From Chloroflexota bacterium (GTDB taxonomy: Bacteria > Chloroflexota > UBA11872): a stretch of DNA of 64,000 bases. The notes beneath the pieces were generated by a model. It made no database searches. It was not told the DNA's origin and saw nothing but the letters and a program-made list of their open reading frames with translations. The stretch covers positions 1,986,904 to 2,050,903 of the forward strand of contig CBDAOU010000002.1 in NCBI GenBank assembly GCA_965198185.1, written 5' to 3'. Each line of letters opens with the position of its first letter. Within the stretch, counting starts at the first letter, position 1. This document shows positions 46,114 through 55,795 of this stretch, one piece after another. The position numbers and the translations under genes were made by a program.

Positions 46114-49100
46114 CTACGCGCGGAAACGCCTGATGACTGTAGCCGCGGCCGGGAGGGCGTAGCGCTTTCCGGGGCCGAGCGCGGCGGGTGACTGCGGTGG
46201 GCCGGCGCGCCGTGCCGACACTCCGGCAAAGATGCGGAGCTCGTTGCGCCGCCGGGTGTGGGCGGTGCCGACGTGGGCCATTCCGATCTGGCGTCCGTTG
46301 GCGATTCGCGTGGCGCTGGTGACGGTTCCGATCCAGGCGCCGCGTCGATCCGTGACGGGATCGCCCTGGCGCGCCATGGGCACCCGCTCGTCGGCTATCG
46401 AGAAGCGCACGATGGCCGACTCGCGTTCCGCCTCGCGCCGCACGTAGGGATCGCGCCCGACGAAGAACGGCTTGTAGGCCTTGACGAAGCGCCCGAATCC
46501 GGCGTCGCCCGGCGTGAGGTCCAGCGGCCCGGCAAGCTCATGCCCGTAGAGTGGGAACCCGGCCTCGGTGCGGGTGGAGTCGCGCGCTCCGAGCCCTACC
46601 GGCACGACGCCGTCGTCGGCGCCCGCTTCGAGGATCGCGTCCCACACGGCGCGGGCCACCTCGGGGTGCACGAAAACCTCGAAGCCGATCGCTTCGCCCG
46701 TGTAGCCCGTGTGGGCAATCTCAACGTCGGCGCCGGCGAGCGTGAAGGCGCGCACGTGGTTCATGCGCATGGCGTCGAGGGCGCGCCGCTCCTCGTCCGT
46801 GGCGACGATCCGTTGCAGGACCCGGCGCGAGTGCGGCCCCTGGAACGCCAGATCGAGCCGCGCTGCGTCGCCCGCCGACCGGCTGTTGAGGTCCACGAGA
46901 TCAGCGCGAACCGGAAGCCGCGCCGCGCCGTCGCACGAAACGACCTGATAGGCGCCGTCGTTCACGCCCGTCAGCCAGGCCCAATTCTTGGGCGCGTTGG
47001 CCGCGTTGACCACCGCCATGAATCGCTCGCGGGCCAGGCGGTAGATGATGAGGTCGTCGAGGCAGTTGCCGTCGGCGTCGAGCAGATAGGTGTAGGCTGC
47101 ACGTCCCACCGGCAGGCGAGTGGCGCTGCCGGTGACGACGAGGTCCAGGAACTCGGCGGCGGCGGGTCCGGAGACGGCGAAAGCCCCCATGTGCCCCACG
47201 TCGAACAGCCCGGCCGTCTTCCGCACCGCCTGGTGCTCCGCCGCAATGCTCGTGTACCAGACCGGCATGTCCCAGCCCGCGAAGGGGACCAGCTTCTTCG
47301 CTTGCTCGGCGTGGAACGCGTGGAGCGGCGTGCGCCTCAGCTCGTTCGACTCGGGCTCGCGCCATTCGAACGGCTGGGGGCCGTCGCTGCCGACGGGAAC
47401 CGAGCGCCGGCCCACGAACCAGGGACGCGACGCGTCGTCGGCAGGCGCCTCGGGCAACGGCGCGCCGGTGGGCCCGAGGCTTGCCAGGGCGTCCGTCACC
47501 GGCGGTGCATCGCCGTCAGCCACGGTCACCGAGACCGGGCCGCTGAGCTTCCGGCTGGGCTCGTCGGGGTCGACGATTACGTAGCCGTCGGACGCCGCCT
47601 GAAGCCAGTCGGCCAGCTCATCGGCGCGGTTGGGGTCGACGACGATCAAGGCGGAAGCCTCGTCTGCTTCGGCGGGTCGGACCACCGTTGCGCTAACTGG
47701 GTCGCTGCCGGGAGAACCCGCCAGGGCCACTCGGCGCGCCTGCCCCGGCTCGAGATCGCGCACGCGCCGGTTGGCAACCTCGTCCAGGAACTGCAGCGCC
47801 CGAGCGCCGCGAACGAGCAGCAGGCCGGAAGTGCAGGCCGGAGGGTCGGCGGGCGGCGGTCCCTCGGCGTGTCCGCGACGGGCGAAATCGAGCACCTCGG
47901 AGCGCAGCGACCGCATGGCGTCGTAGGCCATGCGGCCACGGTAGCGCGGGGTCCTGCGGCCGCTGTAGGCCACGCCGTGCATGGCGCGAAACGCGCGCGC
48001 CAAGATGCCGGCCAGCGTCTTCATATCGTCCGTGCCGTAGCCGCGCTGGGTTAGCCAGGGCGTGCCCATCCGAATGCCGGTGGGCGCGGCGAAGCCGCGG
48101 TCGCCGGGCACGGAGTTGCGGTTGGCCACCACGCCCAGGGCGTCCAGCATGCGCACGGCCGGCTCGCCGCGCAGATCGCCGGCGGCTCCGACGCGGCGCA
48201 GATTCACCACGAACAGATGGGTGTCGGTGCCGCCGTAGGCCACGCCCACGCCTTCCGCCTCCAGGGCGTCGACGAGCGCCCTCGCATTGGCCGTGATCTG
48301 TCGCTGGGTGCGGTGGAACGCCTCGGTGGCCGCGAGCTTGAACATGACCGCCATGGCCGCGATCTTGTTGAGGTGCGGGCCGCCCTGCTCGCCGGGAAAC
48401 ACGGAGCGATCGACCGAGCGCATCAGGTCGCGCCGGTGCGACAGGATCACCGCGCCGCGCGGGCCGAACAGCGTCTTGTGCGTGGTGAACGTCACGACAT
48501 CGGCGATGCCCACGGGCGAGGGGTAAGCGCCCGCGACGACGAGCCCCGCCGGATGTGAGATGTCGGCCATCAGCAGCGCGCCCACGTCGTCGGCGATGGC
48601 GCGGAAGCGCTCCCAGTCGGGCGCCCACGGATACGAGGTGTATCCGGCGATGATCAGCCGGGGCCGGGCGGCCTTGGCCCGCGCGGCAATGTCGTCGTAG
48701 TCGAGCTGCGCGTCCGGGCCCGGAATGCGGTAGCTGGTCGATTTGAACCGGCGTCCCGACCGGTTCACGGATGCGCCGTGGCTCAAGTGCCCGCCGTGGG
48801 CCAGGGCCAGCCCCATGATGGTGTCGTCGGGCTCGAGCAGGGCCTCCTCGACGGCGTTATTGGCCGCCGCGCCCGAGAGCGGCTGCACGTTGACCCACAA
48901 GGCGTCGGCCGCCACGCGGTCGTTGGCAAAGAGGTCCGCGCAGCGGCGCTGCGCCAGGGCTTCTACCAGGTTGCTGAACTCGTTGCCGCGGTAGTAGCGG
49001 CGATCGCCGTAGCGCCGGGTGCGGGCAAGCTGCCGGTCGAGGTCCGCCAGCGCCGCCTCCTGGTCGCGGATCATCGCGGCCGCCGCATAGCCCTCGGCGT

Positions 49101-49287
49101 AGATGCTGGTGAACGGCGACGCCAGCGCGTCCCGCACCGGCTTGGGCGTGAGGCTCTCGGACGGGATGAGGATGAGCTTGTCGCGCTGGCGTGCGTGCTC
49201 GCGCTCGATGAGGTCGGCCACCAGCGGGTCAACGTCGGAAACGGGGCGGTCGAGCGCGAGGTCGGCGTAGGTCGGGTCGAGGGACAT
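46114..49287 (-). CDS. glyA-gcvT: Fusion protein: N-terminal serine hydroxymethyltransferase-like PLP domain, a roughly 200-aa middle region, and a C-terminal glycine-cleavage T-protein (aminomethyltransferase, GcvT) domain.
   Basis: SHMT motifs (LIPSESLTPKP...; FTTHKTLFGPRG with the PLP lysine). GcvT motifs (RTPLHAFHAEQAKKLVPFAGWDMPVWY, FDVGHMG). Single uninterrupted 1057-aa frame. Confidence 0.75.
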   Translation of the reverse strand: MSLDPTYADLALDRPVSDVDPLVADLIEREHARQRDKLILIPSESLTPKPVRDALASPFTSIYAEGYAAAAMIRDQEAALADLDRQLARTRRYGDRRYYRGNEFSNLVEALAQRRCADLFANDRVAADALWVNVQPLSGAAANNAVEEALLEPDDTIMGLALAHGGHLSHGASVNRSGRRFKSTSYRIPGPDAQLDYDDIAARAKAARPRLIIAGYTSYPWAPDWERFRAIADDVGALLMADISHPAGLVVAGAYPSPVGIADVVTFTTHKTLFGPRGAVILSHRRDLMRSVDRSVFPGEQGGPHLNKIAAMAVMFKLAATEAFHRTQRQITANARALVDALEAEGVGVAYGGTDTHLFVVNLRRVGAAGDLRGEPAVRMLDALGVVANRNSVPGDRGFAAPTGIRMGTPWLTQRGYGTDDMKTLAGILARAFRAMHGVAYSGRRTPRYRGRMAYDAMRSLRSEVLDFARRGHAEGPPPADPPACTSGLLLVRGARALQFLDEVANRRVRDLEPGQARRVALAGSPGSDPVSATVVRPAEADEASALIVVDPNRADELADWLQAASDGYVIVDPDEPSRKLSGPVSVTVADGDAPPVTDALASLGPTGAPLPEAPADDASRPWFVGRRSVPVGSDGPQPFEWREPESNELRRTPLHAFHAEQAKKLVPFAGWDMPVWYTSIAAEHQAVRKTAGLFDVGHMGAFAVSGPAAAEFLDLVVTGSATRLPVGRAAYTYLLDADGNCLDDLIIYRLARERFMAVVNAANAPKNWAWLTGVNDGAYQVVSCDGAARLPVRADLVDLNSRSAGDAARLDLAFQGPHSRRVLQRIVATDEERRALDAMRMNHVRAFTLAGADVEIAHTGYTGEAIGFEVFVHPEVARAVWDAILEAGADDGVVPVGLGARDSTRTEAGFPLYGHELAGPLDLTPGDAGFGRFVKAYKPFFVGRDPYVRREAERESAIVRFSIADERVPMARQGDPVTDRRGAWIGTVTSATRIANGRQIGMAHVGTAHTRRRNELRIFAGVSARRAGPPQSPAALGPGKRYALPAAATVIRRFRA

Positions 49288-49353
49288 CAGGGCATCCTGG
49301 CGATCAACGCCGTAAGCGTACGGCGGCTCAGCGGGGGCGACGAACGCGGCCGG

Positions 49354-50070
49354 CTATTTGACGACCCGCCGACCTTCGCGGAGCGCTCGAGACCGAGCCT
49401 CCTGCATGGTCATGCGCACCCGGCCGCCGAAGCGCTCATCGAGCCAGGGGTCGCCGCGGACGTGGTAGCCGCCCTTTTCCCAGAAGCCGGACTCTTCGTG
49501 GTCCATGAACTCCAGGCCGCGCACCCACTTGGCGCTTTTCCAGAAGTACAGGCTGGGCAGAACCAGACGCAGGGGCCCGCCGTGCTCGCGTGCCAACGGT
49601 GCGTCGTCGTGATTGACGGCGAACAGCACGTCGTCCTGGTCGAGCTCGGCCAGGGTCACGTTGGTGGTGTAGCCCGGGTCGGCGTGAATCATCACGTAGT
49701 CCGCGCCTGGGAGCGGCTTGATGCGCTTGAGCACCTCGCGGACGTGCACGCCCTCCCAACGGTTGTCGTAGCGGCTCCAGTGGGTGACGCAGTGAATATC
49801 CGAGACGATCTCCGTGCGCGGAAGCGAGGTGAACTCGTCCCAGCTCCAGCGCGTCTCTTCCTCCACCAGCCCGGTCACGCGGAAGTCCCAGAGGGTCATG
49901 TCGTAGGTGGCCGGCTCCTGATAGTGCAGCACGGGCCATTTGCTGGTGAGGGTCTGGCCGGGCGGGAGACGCGGCTCGCGCAGCTCGGGCGGGCGTGGGC
50001 TAATGTCGGGCGTGTCCGGCGCCACTGCGGCGCGCGGGCCAAAGAGCCGATCGAACATGGTCCGCTCCAT
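49354..50070 (-). CDS. Sulfite-oxidase-family molybdopterin oxidoreductase catalytic domain protein (MsrP/YedY-like).
   Basis: DIHCVTHWS Moco-binding motif. Start at MERTMFD. Confidence 0.65.
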   Translation of the reverse strand: MERTMFDRLFGPRAAVAPDTPDISPRPPELREPRLPPGQTLTSKWPVLHYQEPATYDMTLWDFRVTGLVEEETRWSWDEFTSLPRTEIVSDIHCVTHWSRYDNRWEGVHVREVLKRIKPLPGADYVMIHADPGYTTNVTLAELDQDDVLFAVNHDDAPLAREHGGPLRLVLPSLYFWKSAKWVRGLEFMDHEESGFWEKGGYHVRGDPWLDERFGGRVRMTMQEARSRALREGRRVVK

Positions 50071-50162
50071 GAGCAACGCGTATCTGTAACCAGATGGTAC
50101 TGCCCACGTCACCCGGTGGTGCGTGGGATCACGCACACAAGCCCGCCGCAGCGTCCGAGAAT

Positions 50163-51764
50163 TCAGCCGGCCGGTGAGGAATCTTGCCCAACTTGGGGGT
50201 CGTAGCTGCTGACGACCATGGATGCGATCTCGGCCGCCGTCGCCTCGGCGTGCCCGTGCCCCGGAACGTCGCGCGCCAGGATCACAACGGTGACGGGACC
50301 GGTCGAGGCGTAGACGACCCCGGCGTCGTTGGAGACGCCGGCCAGGTCGCCGGTCTTGTGGGCCACCGGCGTCCCCGCGGGCAGCCGGGCAGGAATGCGT
50401 TGGTTGCGGGTCTCGCCGAGCAGCAGCGTGCGCATGCCCTCGACATCCGCCAACGAGCGCGACCAGTGCGCCGGTCGCATGCCGAGCGCGACCTCCAGCA
50501 GCTTGGCCGCTTCGCGCGCCGTGGTCACCGTGTGCGTGGTGAGCACGTCGGTGGCCGTGAGGCCGAGCTGACCCAGCGTCCACGTCATGTTGGCGTAGCC
50601 AATGCGATCGGCGAGCAAGACGGCGTGCGTGTTGTCGCTGATGGACATGGCTCGATCCAACGCGTATCCGATGGTGACGCGCTGGCCGGGCGCGAGCGTC
50701 GCCGGGGGATCAATGCGCTCGAGCACGCTCTGGTTCATCTCAAGCAGGGTGTTGAAATCGAGGCCGATGACGGCGCGCTGCCGATAGGCCTCGACGAGCA
50801 CGGCCAGCTTCCACAAGCTCGCCGCCGGCACCACCGTGTCGGCGTTGATGGCAACCTCGGCGTCCGAGCCGGAGGGCGCCGCGTAGACCGCCCAGTTCCC
50901 CGGCTCGCTAGCCAGCCTGGCGGTGATCGCGGTCTCCAGTTGGTCGCCGACGGTGTTCCCGCTCGCGTCGCTCACCGCCGTCGCCGAGTCGACCGAAGTG
51001 AGCGCCGCCTCCGGCATCACGCCGGCGTCCCGCAGCACCTCATCCAGCAGCACCGCCGTCACACTGCCGGGCGCCGGAAGCCCCTCCACTTCGTCGATCC
51101 AGTGCTGCAAGACGCCGCGCTGGAAGCGCTGCGCCACGAACGGCCCGAGCCGCTCGGGCCGGGACATTGGCAGCCCCCACCGATCGCGGGCGTGATCGGC
51201 CGTCCAGACGAGACGACCGATGGGGTCGGGGTTGGATTCGAACACCTTGCGGATAGCGTCGTCGGTGAGCCAGCCGGTGCGAATCTCTACGGCATGCTGG
51301 AACGACGTCGAGCCGTCGTGCTCGATGGGACGGGGCACTTGACGCGCGTTGTAGAGCCAATCGGTGTGTCCCGCGCGGTCCATGATCTCGAGGGCGTTCG
51401 CCAGCACGAGCCGACCCTCGCCCGCCTTCCATTGCAGCAGGCCGTAGCGCAAGGCCTGATACTCGAACCCATTGGCGGCGAATGTCGCGCTGCGCGGGGG
51501 ACCCAGCACCGGCAGGCCGCCGAGGCCTCGGTAGCTATCCCACCACGTGGCGTCGCCGATGTTGCGGATTTCGTACCCACGGCCGGCCTCGTCGATCGCT
51601 TGCGGATAGTGACGCCCGTCTTCGATGGGAAAGTCGTGGTCCGGCGCGGCGGCCGAAGCGTCCGCCCTCGCCGGCAGGGACGTTAGGGGACTTGCCAACG
51701 TCGGGAGCAGCGCCGATGCGGCGCCAATGGCCAGAAAACGACGCCGACTGATATTACGGCGCAT
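50163..51764 (-). CDS. Tat-secreted two-domain protein. The N-terminal domain is paralogous to the 39392 protein N-domain. The C-terminal domain is a class-A beta-lactamase/DD-peptidase-like serine hydrolase.
   Basis: RRNISRRRFLAIGAA Tat signal. SxxK (ASLWK), SDN (SISDN) and KTG (KTGDLAG) motifs. Confidence 0.65.
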   Translation of the reverse strand: MRRNISRRRFLAIGAASALLPTLASPLTSLPARADASAAAPDHDFPIEDGRHYPQAIDEAGRGYEIRNIGDATWWDSYRGLGGLPVLGPPRSATFAANGFEYQALRYGLLQWKAGEGRLVLANALEIMDRAGHTDWLYNARQVPRPIEHDGSTSFQHAVEIRTGWLTDDAIRKVFESNPDPIGRLVWTADHARDRWGLPMSRPERLGPFVAQRFQRGVLQHWIDEVEGLPAPGSVTAVLLDEVLRDAGVMPEAALTSVDSATAVSDASGNTVGDQLETAITARLASEPGNWAVYAAPSGSDAEVAINADTVVPAASLWKLAVLVEAYRQRAVIGLDFNTLLEMNQSVLERIDPPATLAPGQRVTIGYALDRAMSISDNTHAVLLADRIGYANMTWTLGQLGLTATDVLTTHTVTTAREAAKLLEVALGMRPAHWSRSLADVEGMRTLLLGETRNQRIPARLPAGTPVAHKTGDLAGVSNDAGVVYASTGPVTVVILARDVPGHGHAEATAAEIASMVVSSYDPQVGQDSSPAG

Positions 51765-51876
51765 CAGCGGCGCGCCCCCGGTGGCTCTGCCTGCGAACCT
51801 TACGCCACGCACCGCACGCCGGCACCTGGGCATCTCGCGGCGTGACGGACCGGCTGTGGACCGCGTATCGAGCGGA

Positions 51877-53724
51877 CTACCCGAGCGGATCGGTGCGAGG
51901 ACCGAACGTCTGCAACGGCTGATCGAGCGGCGGGAACACATCGGCCATCGAGGGCTGCACCGTCCCGCTCGGATCGTCCGGCTCATGCACGAAGGTCATC
52001 ACGCGGAATCGCAGGTCGCCGGCCGCGCGCTCGAGTTCGGACGCTGGGACCAGCAGCAGCACGCGCCGTCCGTCGATGAAGGCGATCGCGTTCGAGGGCA
52101 GTGCTTGTGACGGCGCCAGCGCGACGCGGCGCTGTATGCGCCACACGGGATCGAGCGTCGGCAGATAGATGAGTTCATACCACTGGTCGGTGCCCTGATA
52201 GAGGTCGAAATCCCGCACCCGCGGTCGCCAGTTGTCCGCTGGGTCGTCGTTGGCTTCGAGCGCCAGGGACACGCGCCAGCCGAGCGCGGACTCGGTCAGC
52301 GGGATCGGGTCGACCATCTCGATGATGGCGGCCACGTAGTCGCCGTCCACCGCGCCGCTCAATCCGCCCACCGTGAAGTACGCCCGACGCAGAACATCGA
52401 GCCCGACGCTGTCGACCGCGGCCGTGCCAAGGGCGACCCGCTGGATGTCCGCGAAGCCGAAGCCCTCCGTCGGCGATAGGTTCGTGATATCGAAGTAGTC
52501 CTCCTGCGCGTCACGCTCGAACGTGCGCACGGTTGGATCATCCGGGCTTGCGCTGATGGCCGTTTCGTAAGGCGTGATGCCAAGCACCACGACGCCAGAT
52601 TCGACCTGCCCGGCAATTGGTGCTGTGGTTGGGCGCACGCGCCAGCGGGTTGCGGCGTCGGCTCGCATGAGCACGAGCGTCGCCGTGCGTGTGGCGCCGG
52701 CGTAGAGCATCTCGCTCGCCAGCGCGTCGGGAACGAGCGTGACCGAGCCCGCGGTGCGCACAACTCTCGCCGCGAAGTCTCCCTCTTCGCCGATATTCCT
52801 GACCGTGCAAACGGCCTCCATGACAATCACCGACTCGATCCACTCAAGCCGGCTCGGACACTCCACCACCGCGAGCGCCGGACGTGAGCCGTCCGGTCGC
52901 GCGGTCGTGGGCAGCGCGAGTTGGTAGTCCTCGACCTCGCCGAAGTCCCAGCTTCCGCTGCCGTCCCACGCCCCACCGCCCAGGCCCTCCCGGGTGAGCA
53001 CCACGCGCATCCACGCGCCGTCAGGTAGGACCTGGCCATCAAGCATGGAAAAGCCCGGGCTGACGAAGGTCTCGGAGGCGCCCGGCTCGAGCTCCACTTC
53101 CCAGTCCTGCAGGACCCATTCCGCCGGGCTCGTCCAGTGGCCGTCACGATCGATGTCGATCAAGACATTGATGCGGCGTGGGCCGGTGGGAGCGGCAGGG
53201 CCCAGCGTGACCGCGACGGTGAGCCGGGCCAGAGCCTGCGGCGGCGCGAGGCTCACCGAGAGTCCAAGTACTCCGTCGTCCCCGGCGTCCTGGTTGACAA
53301 GGTTCGGCAAGCCGTCGGTGTCGGCCGGATCATCGGCATCCGATTCGGTGGTCACGTCAGACCCGAGCCGGTCGAGACCGGGCCGGCGCACGTGGGCCCC
53401 CGGGCCTTCGGCCGTGAGTGAGGACAAACGCGTCGGAAAGCGTCCGATCACCCGCGGGTTGGGGTAGCCGGCGGAGACCCCGTCGGGGGCGTCGCCAAAA
53501 TCGGCGAGCGGCCGCGGGGTTGGCGAACCGGTTGGGAGCGGCGTGGGATCGGGCGTTGGTCGAGGCGTGGGCGTGGCCGCGGGCGTCTGCGCGACCGCGG
53601 CGGGTGAAGGCGCGGCGGTGGGCGCAACGTCATCGGCCGCCGGCTCGCAGCCCCCCAGCGCAAGCAGGGCGAGCAGCCATGGCACGCACAGCGCCGCGCG
53701 CCAGCCCATCAAGACGTCACGCAT
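51877..53724 (-). CDS. Large lipoprotein/secreted protein of unknown function with a GEVED-like motif.
   Basis: Lipobox LLALLALGGC, a Pro/Thr linker, and WDFGEVEDYQL. Confidence 0.55.
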   Translation of the reverse strand: MRDVLMGWRAALCVPWLLALLALGGCEPAADDVAPTAAPSPAAVAQTPAATPTPRPTPDPTPLPTGSPTPRPLADFGDAPDGVSAGYPNPRVIGRFPTRLSSLTAEGPGAHVRRPGLDRLGSDVTTESDADDPADTDGLPNLVNQDAGDDGVLGLSVSLAPPQALARLTVAVTLGPAAPTGPRRINVLIDIDRDGHWTSPAEWVLQDWEVELEPGASETFVSPGFSMLDGQVLPDGAWMRVVLTREGLGGGAWDGSGSWDFGEVEDYQLALPTTARPDGSRPALAVVECPSRLEWIESVIVMEAVCTVRNIGEEGDFAARVVRTAGSVTLVPDALASEMLYAGATRTATLVLMRADAATRWRVRPTTAPIAGQVESGVVVLGITPYETAISASPDDPTVRTFERDAQEDYFDITNLSPTEGFGFADIQRVALGTAAVDSVGLDVLRRAYFTVGGLSGAVDGDYVAAIIEMVDPIPLTESALGWRVSLALEANDDPADNWRPRVRDFDLYQGTDQWYELIYLPTLDPVWRIQRRVALAPSQALPSNAIAFIDGRRVLLLVPASELERAAGDLRFRVMTFVHEPDDPSGTVQPSMADVFPPLDQPLQTFGPRTDPLG

Positions 53725-53795
53725 TCCACTCGACCGCGGTCGAATCGGCCGATGCGCCCCGGCGAACGCCCGCACGGCCATGCGCCCCCGGCGAA

Positions 53796-54254
53796 CTAGG
53801 GAGACGTCACCGCGGCGCGCGCCGCGCCGTTTGGCCGCGCCGCGCGCGCCGGCTCAGGGGCATACGTGGCGTAGGAGTCCGGCGTCTCCCACAGCGTGAC
53901 GGCCACCACCGGCAAGCCAAGCTGCCGCACCTGGTGAAACAGCATGCGGGCCATGTTCTCGGTGGTCGGGTTCTCATCCATGACGAAGGCGCGCTGGCCG
54001 AGGTCCTCGATGGCGTCGATCAACGGGTCGCCGCGCCGCAGGATCATGCGATGGTCCAGATTGGCATTGACCCACGCCGCGACGGTGCGCCGCACGTCAC
54101 GGAAGTCGGCCACCATGCCCAGGTCATCCAGCGACTCCGCCTGGAGGCGTATCTCGGCGCGGCCGTTGTGGCCGTGGGGCTGGTTGCACTTGCCGTCGTA
54201 GTCCAGCAAGCGGTGGCCGAAGCAGAAGTCGATGTGCTTGACGATTTCGAACAT
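53796..54254 (-). CDS. queD: 6-carboxy-5,6,7,8-tetrahydropterin synthase/6-pyruvoyl-tetrahydropterin synthase family.
   Basis: CxxxHGH motif (CNQPHGHNG) and the PTPS fold pattern. Confidence 0.7.
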   Translation of the reverse strand: MFEIVKHIDFCFGHRLLDYDGKCNQPHGHNGRAEIRLQAESLDDLGMVADFRDVRRTVAAWVNANLDHRMILRRGDPLIDAIEDLGQRAFVMDENPTTENMARMLFHQVRQLGLPVVAVTLWETPDSYATYAPEPARAARPNGAARAAVTSP

Positions 54255-54271
54255 CAGAGGCCTCCGTTAGC

Positions 54272-55006
54272 TCACGAGACGGTGCGGCCGCCGTCGACCG
54301 GAATCACGGCGCCCGTCACGAAGTCGGTGCCCGCGACGAGGTAGAGAATCGTCTGGGCGATGTCTTCGGGGTGCCCGATGCGTCCGAGGGGCGTGGCTCG
54401 CTCCACCGCGCGAGTCGTCTCCTCGTCAAAGTCGGCCGGCATCAGAATAGGCCCCGGCGCCACGGCGTTCACCTGCACCTGGGGGGCGAGCTCCTTGGCC
54501 ATGACGCGGGTGAGCGCCACGACGCCGCCCTTGGCGACGAAATAGGGGGCATAGTTCACGTACGGGCGCTCCACCGCCCAGTCGGCGACGTTGACGATCT
54601 TGCCGCGCCCCTGCGCCTGCATGTGCTGCCCAAACAGCCAGCATCCAAGGTAAGGACCCTTGAGATTGACGGCGATGTTGCGGTCGAAATCCGCCTCGTC
54701 CAGCTCGGCGAAGGGCGTCGCGCCGTAGATGGACGCATTGTTGATGAGCACCTCGACCGACTCGAATTCGTCGACCGCCGCGTCCAGGATTGCCTGCACG
54801 CCGGCGCGGGTCGACACATCGGCCTGGACGGCCAAGCTGCCCACGCCCTGCCCGCGGAATTCCGCGACCGCCGCGTCGGCTTCGCGCGCCGAGGTGCGGT
54901 AGTTCACCACGATGTTGGCGCCGCGCTCGGCCAGCCGCCCGGCGACGTGACGTCCAACCCGGAGTGCGCCGCCGGTGACTACGACCGTGGCGCCTTGAAG
55001 ATCCAT
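54272..55006 (-). CDS. SDR-family oxidoreductase.
   Basis: TGGALRVG Rossmann motif and NNAS...YxxxK. Confidence 0.75.
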   Translation of the reverse strand: MDLQGATVVVTGGALRVGRHVAGRLAERGANIVVNYRTSAREADAAVAEFRGQGVGSLAVQADVSTRAGVQAILDAAVDEFESVEVLINNASIYGATPFAELDEADFDRNIAVNLKGPYLGCWLFGQHMQAQGRGKIVNVADWAVERPYVNYAPYFVAKGGVVALTRVMAKELAPQVQVNAVAPGPILMPADFDEETTRAVERATPLGRIGHPEDIAQTILYLVAGTDFVTGAVIPVDGGRTVS

Positions 55007-55126
55007 GGACGACTCATTGGGGCGCAACCGCCGTGGTCACGCAAGGAGGCAGTGGGGTGGCCTCTAACCTAGCATGGGTTCCGCGCGGGTCGCCGTAGAT
55101 TCACGCACACGCCGGGAGCAACCCGA

Positions 55127-55795
55127 ATGCCACGGACGCAGGCGGTGGCCGCATTGGTGAGCGGGCTCGACAGCGCGATCATGGCGGGGTTGCTGACGCG
55201 TGAGTTCGAGCGTGTCACGCCGCTGTTCGTGCGCGCCGGACTGAAGTGGGAAGACGCCGAGCGCGCCGCCCTGGAGCGGTATTTCGAGGCTCTCGGCGAA
55301 CCAGCGGTGCAACCCCTCGTCGAGCTCGACCTTGGCGCGCGGTCGCTCTACGGGCAGCACTGGAGCACCGGCGGCGAGGACGTGCCCGATGCCAGCCAGC
55401 CGGATGAGGATTGGTATCTGCCGGGACGCAACCTGTTGCTGCTCAGCACGGCGGCGACCTATGGCTCGATCCACGGCATTGCCAGCTTCGCCATCGGCAT
55501 CCTGGCAAGCAATCCGTTTCCCGATGCCCGTCCGGCGTTCTTGCGCAGCCTCGAACAGTCGGCAAGCCTGGCGCTGGACGCGCCGATCCACGTCCTCACG
55601 CCGCTGGCCGGCATGCACAAGGCCGACGTGATTCGAGCCGGCGCGCATCTGCCCGTGCAGCACGCGCTGTCTTGCGCCGACCCGGTCGATGGCGGCCACT
55701 GCGGCGTGTGCGGCAAGTGCGGCGAACGCCGCCGCGGCTTCATCGACGCCGGGGAGGACGACCCCACCAGCTACGCGCAGCTCGGCCCGCTGTAG
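55127..55795 (+). CDS. queC: 7-cyano-7-deazaguanine synthase.
   Basis: ALVSGGLDSA PP-loop and the C-terminal CxxCxxCxxR zinc motif (CGVCGKCGERRR). Confidence 0.8.
   Translation: MPRTQAVAALVSGLDSAIMAGLLTREFERVTPLFVRAGLKWEDAERAALERYFEALGEPAVQPLVELDLGARSLYGQHWSTGGEDVPDASQPDEDWYLPGRNLLLLSTAATYGSIHGIASFAIGILASNPFPDARPAFLRSLEQSASLALDAPIHVLTPLAGMHKADVIRAGAHLPVQHALSCADPVDGGHCGVCGKCGERRRGFIDAGEDDPTSYAQLGPL

Noticed and set aside
45759-46162. Small ORFs translating ...PFDKLRANGSGRGL... and LRQAQGER.
   Set aside because: These are translations of the dispersed REP-like repeat in an intergenic region, not genes.
46258-48054. 598-aa plus ORF opposite the SHMT-GcvT gene, and the 311-aa minus off-frame ORF at 47693-48628.
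   Set aside because: Arg/Gly-rich. The SHMT and GcvT motifs are unambiguous in the chosen frame.
50184-51686. 500-aa plus ORF opposite the beta-lactamase-domain gene. Similar antisense giants occur at 57805-59316 and 58854-60032.
   Set aside because: High-GC antisense artefacts.
55028-55126. preQ1 riboswitch upstream of queC.
   Set aside because: No recognisable preQ1-I/II consensus was seen by eye. A covariance-model scan is needed.
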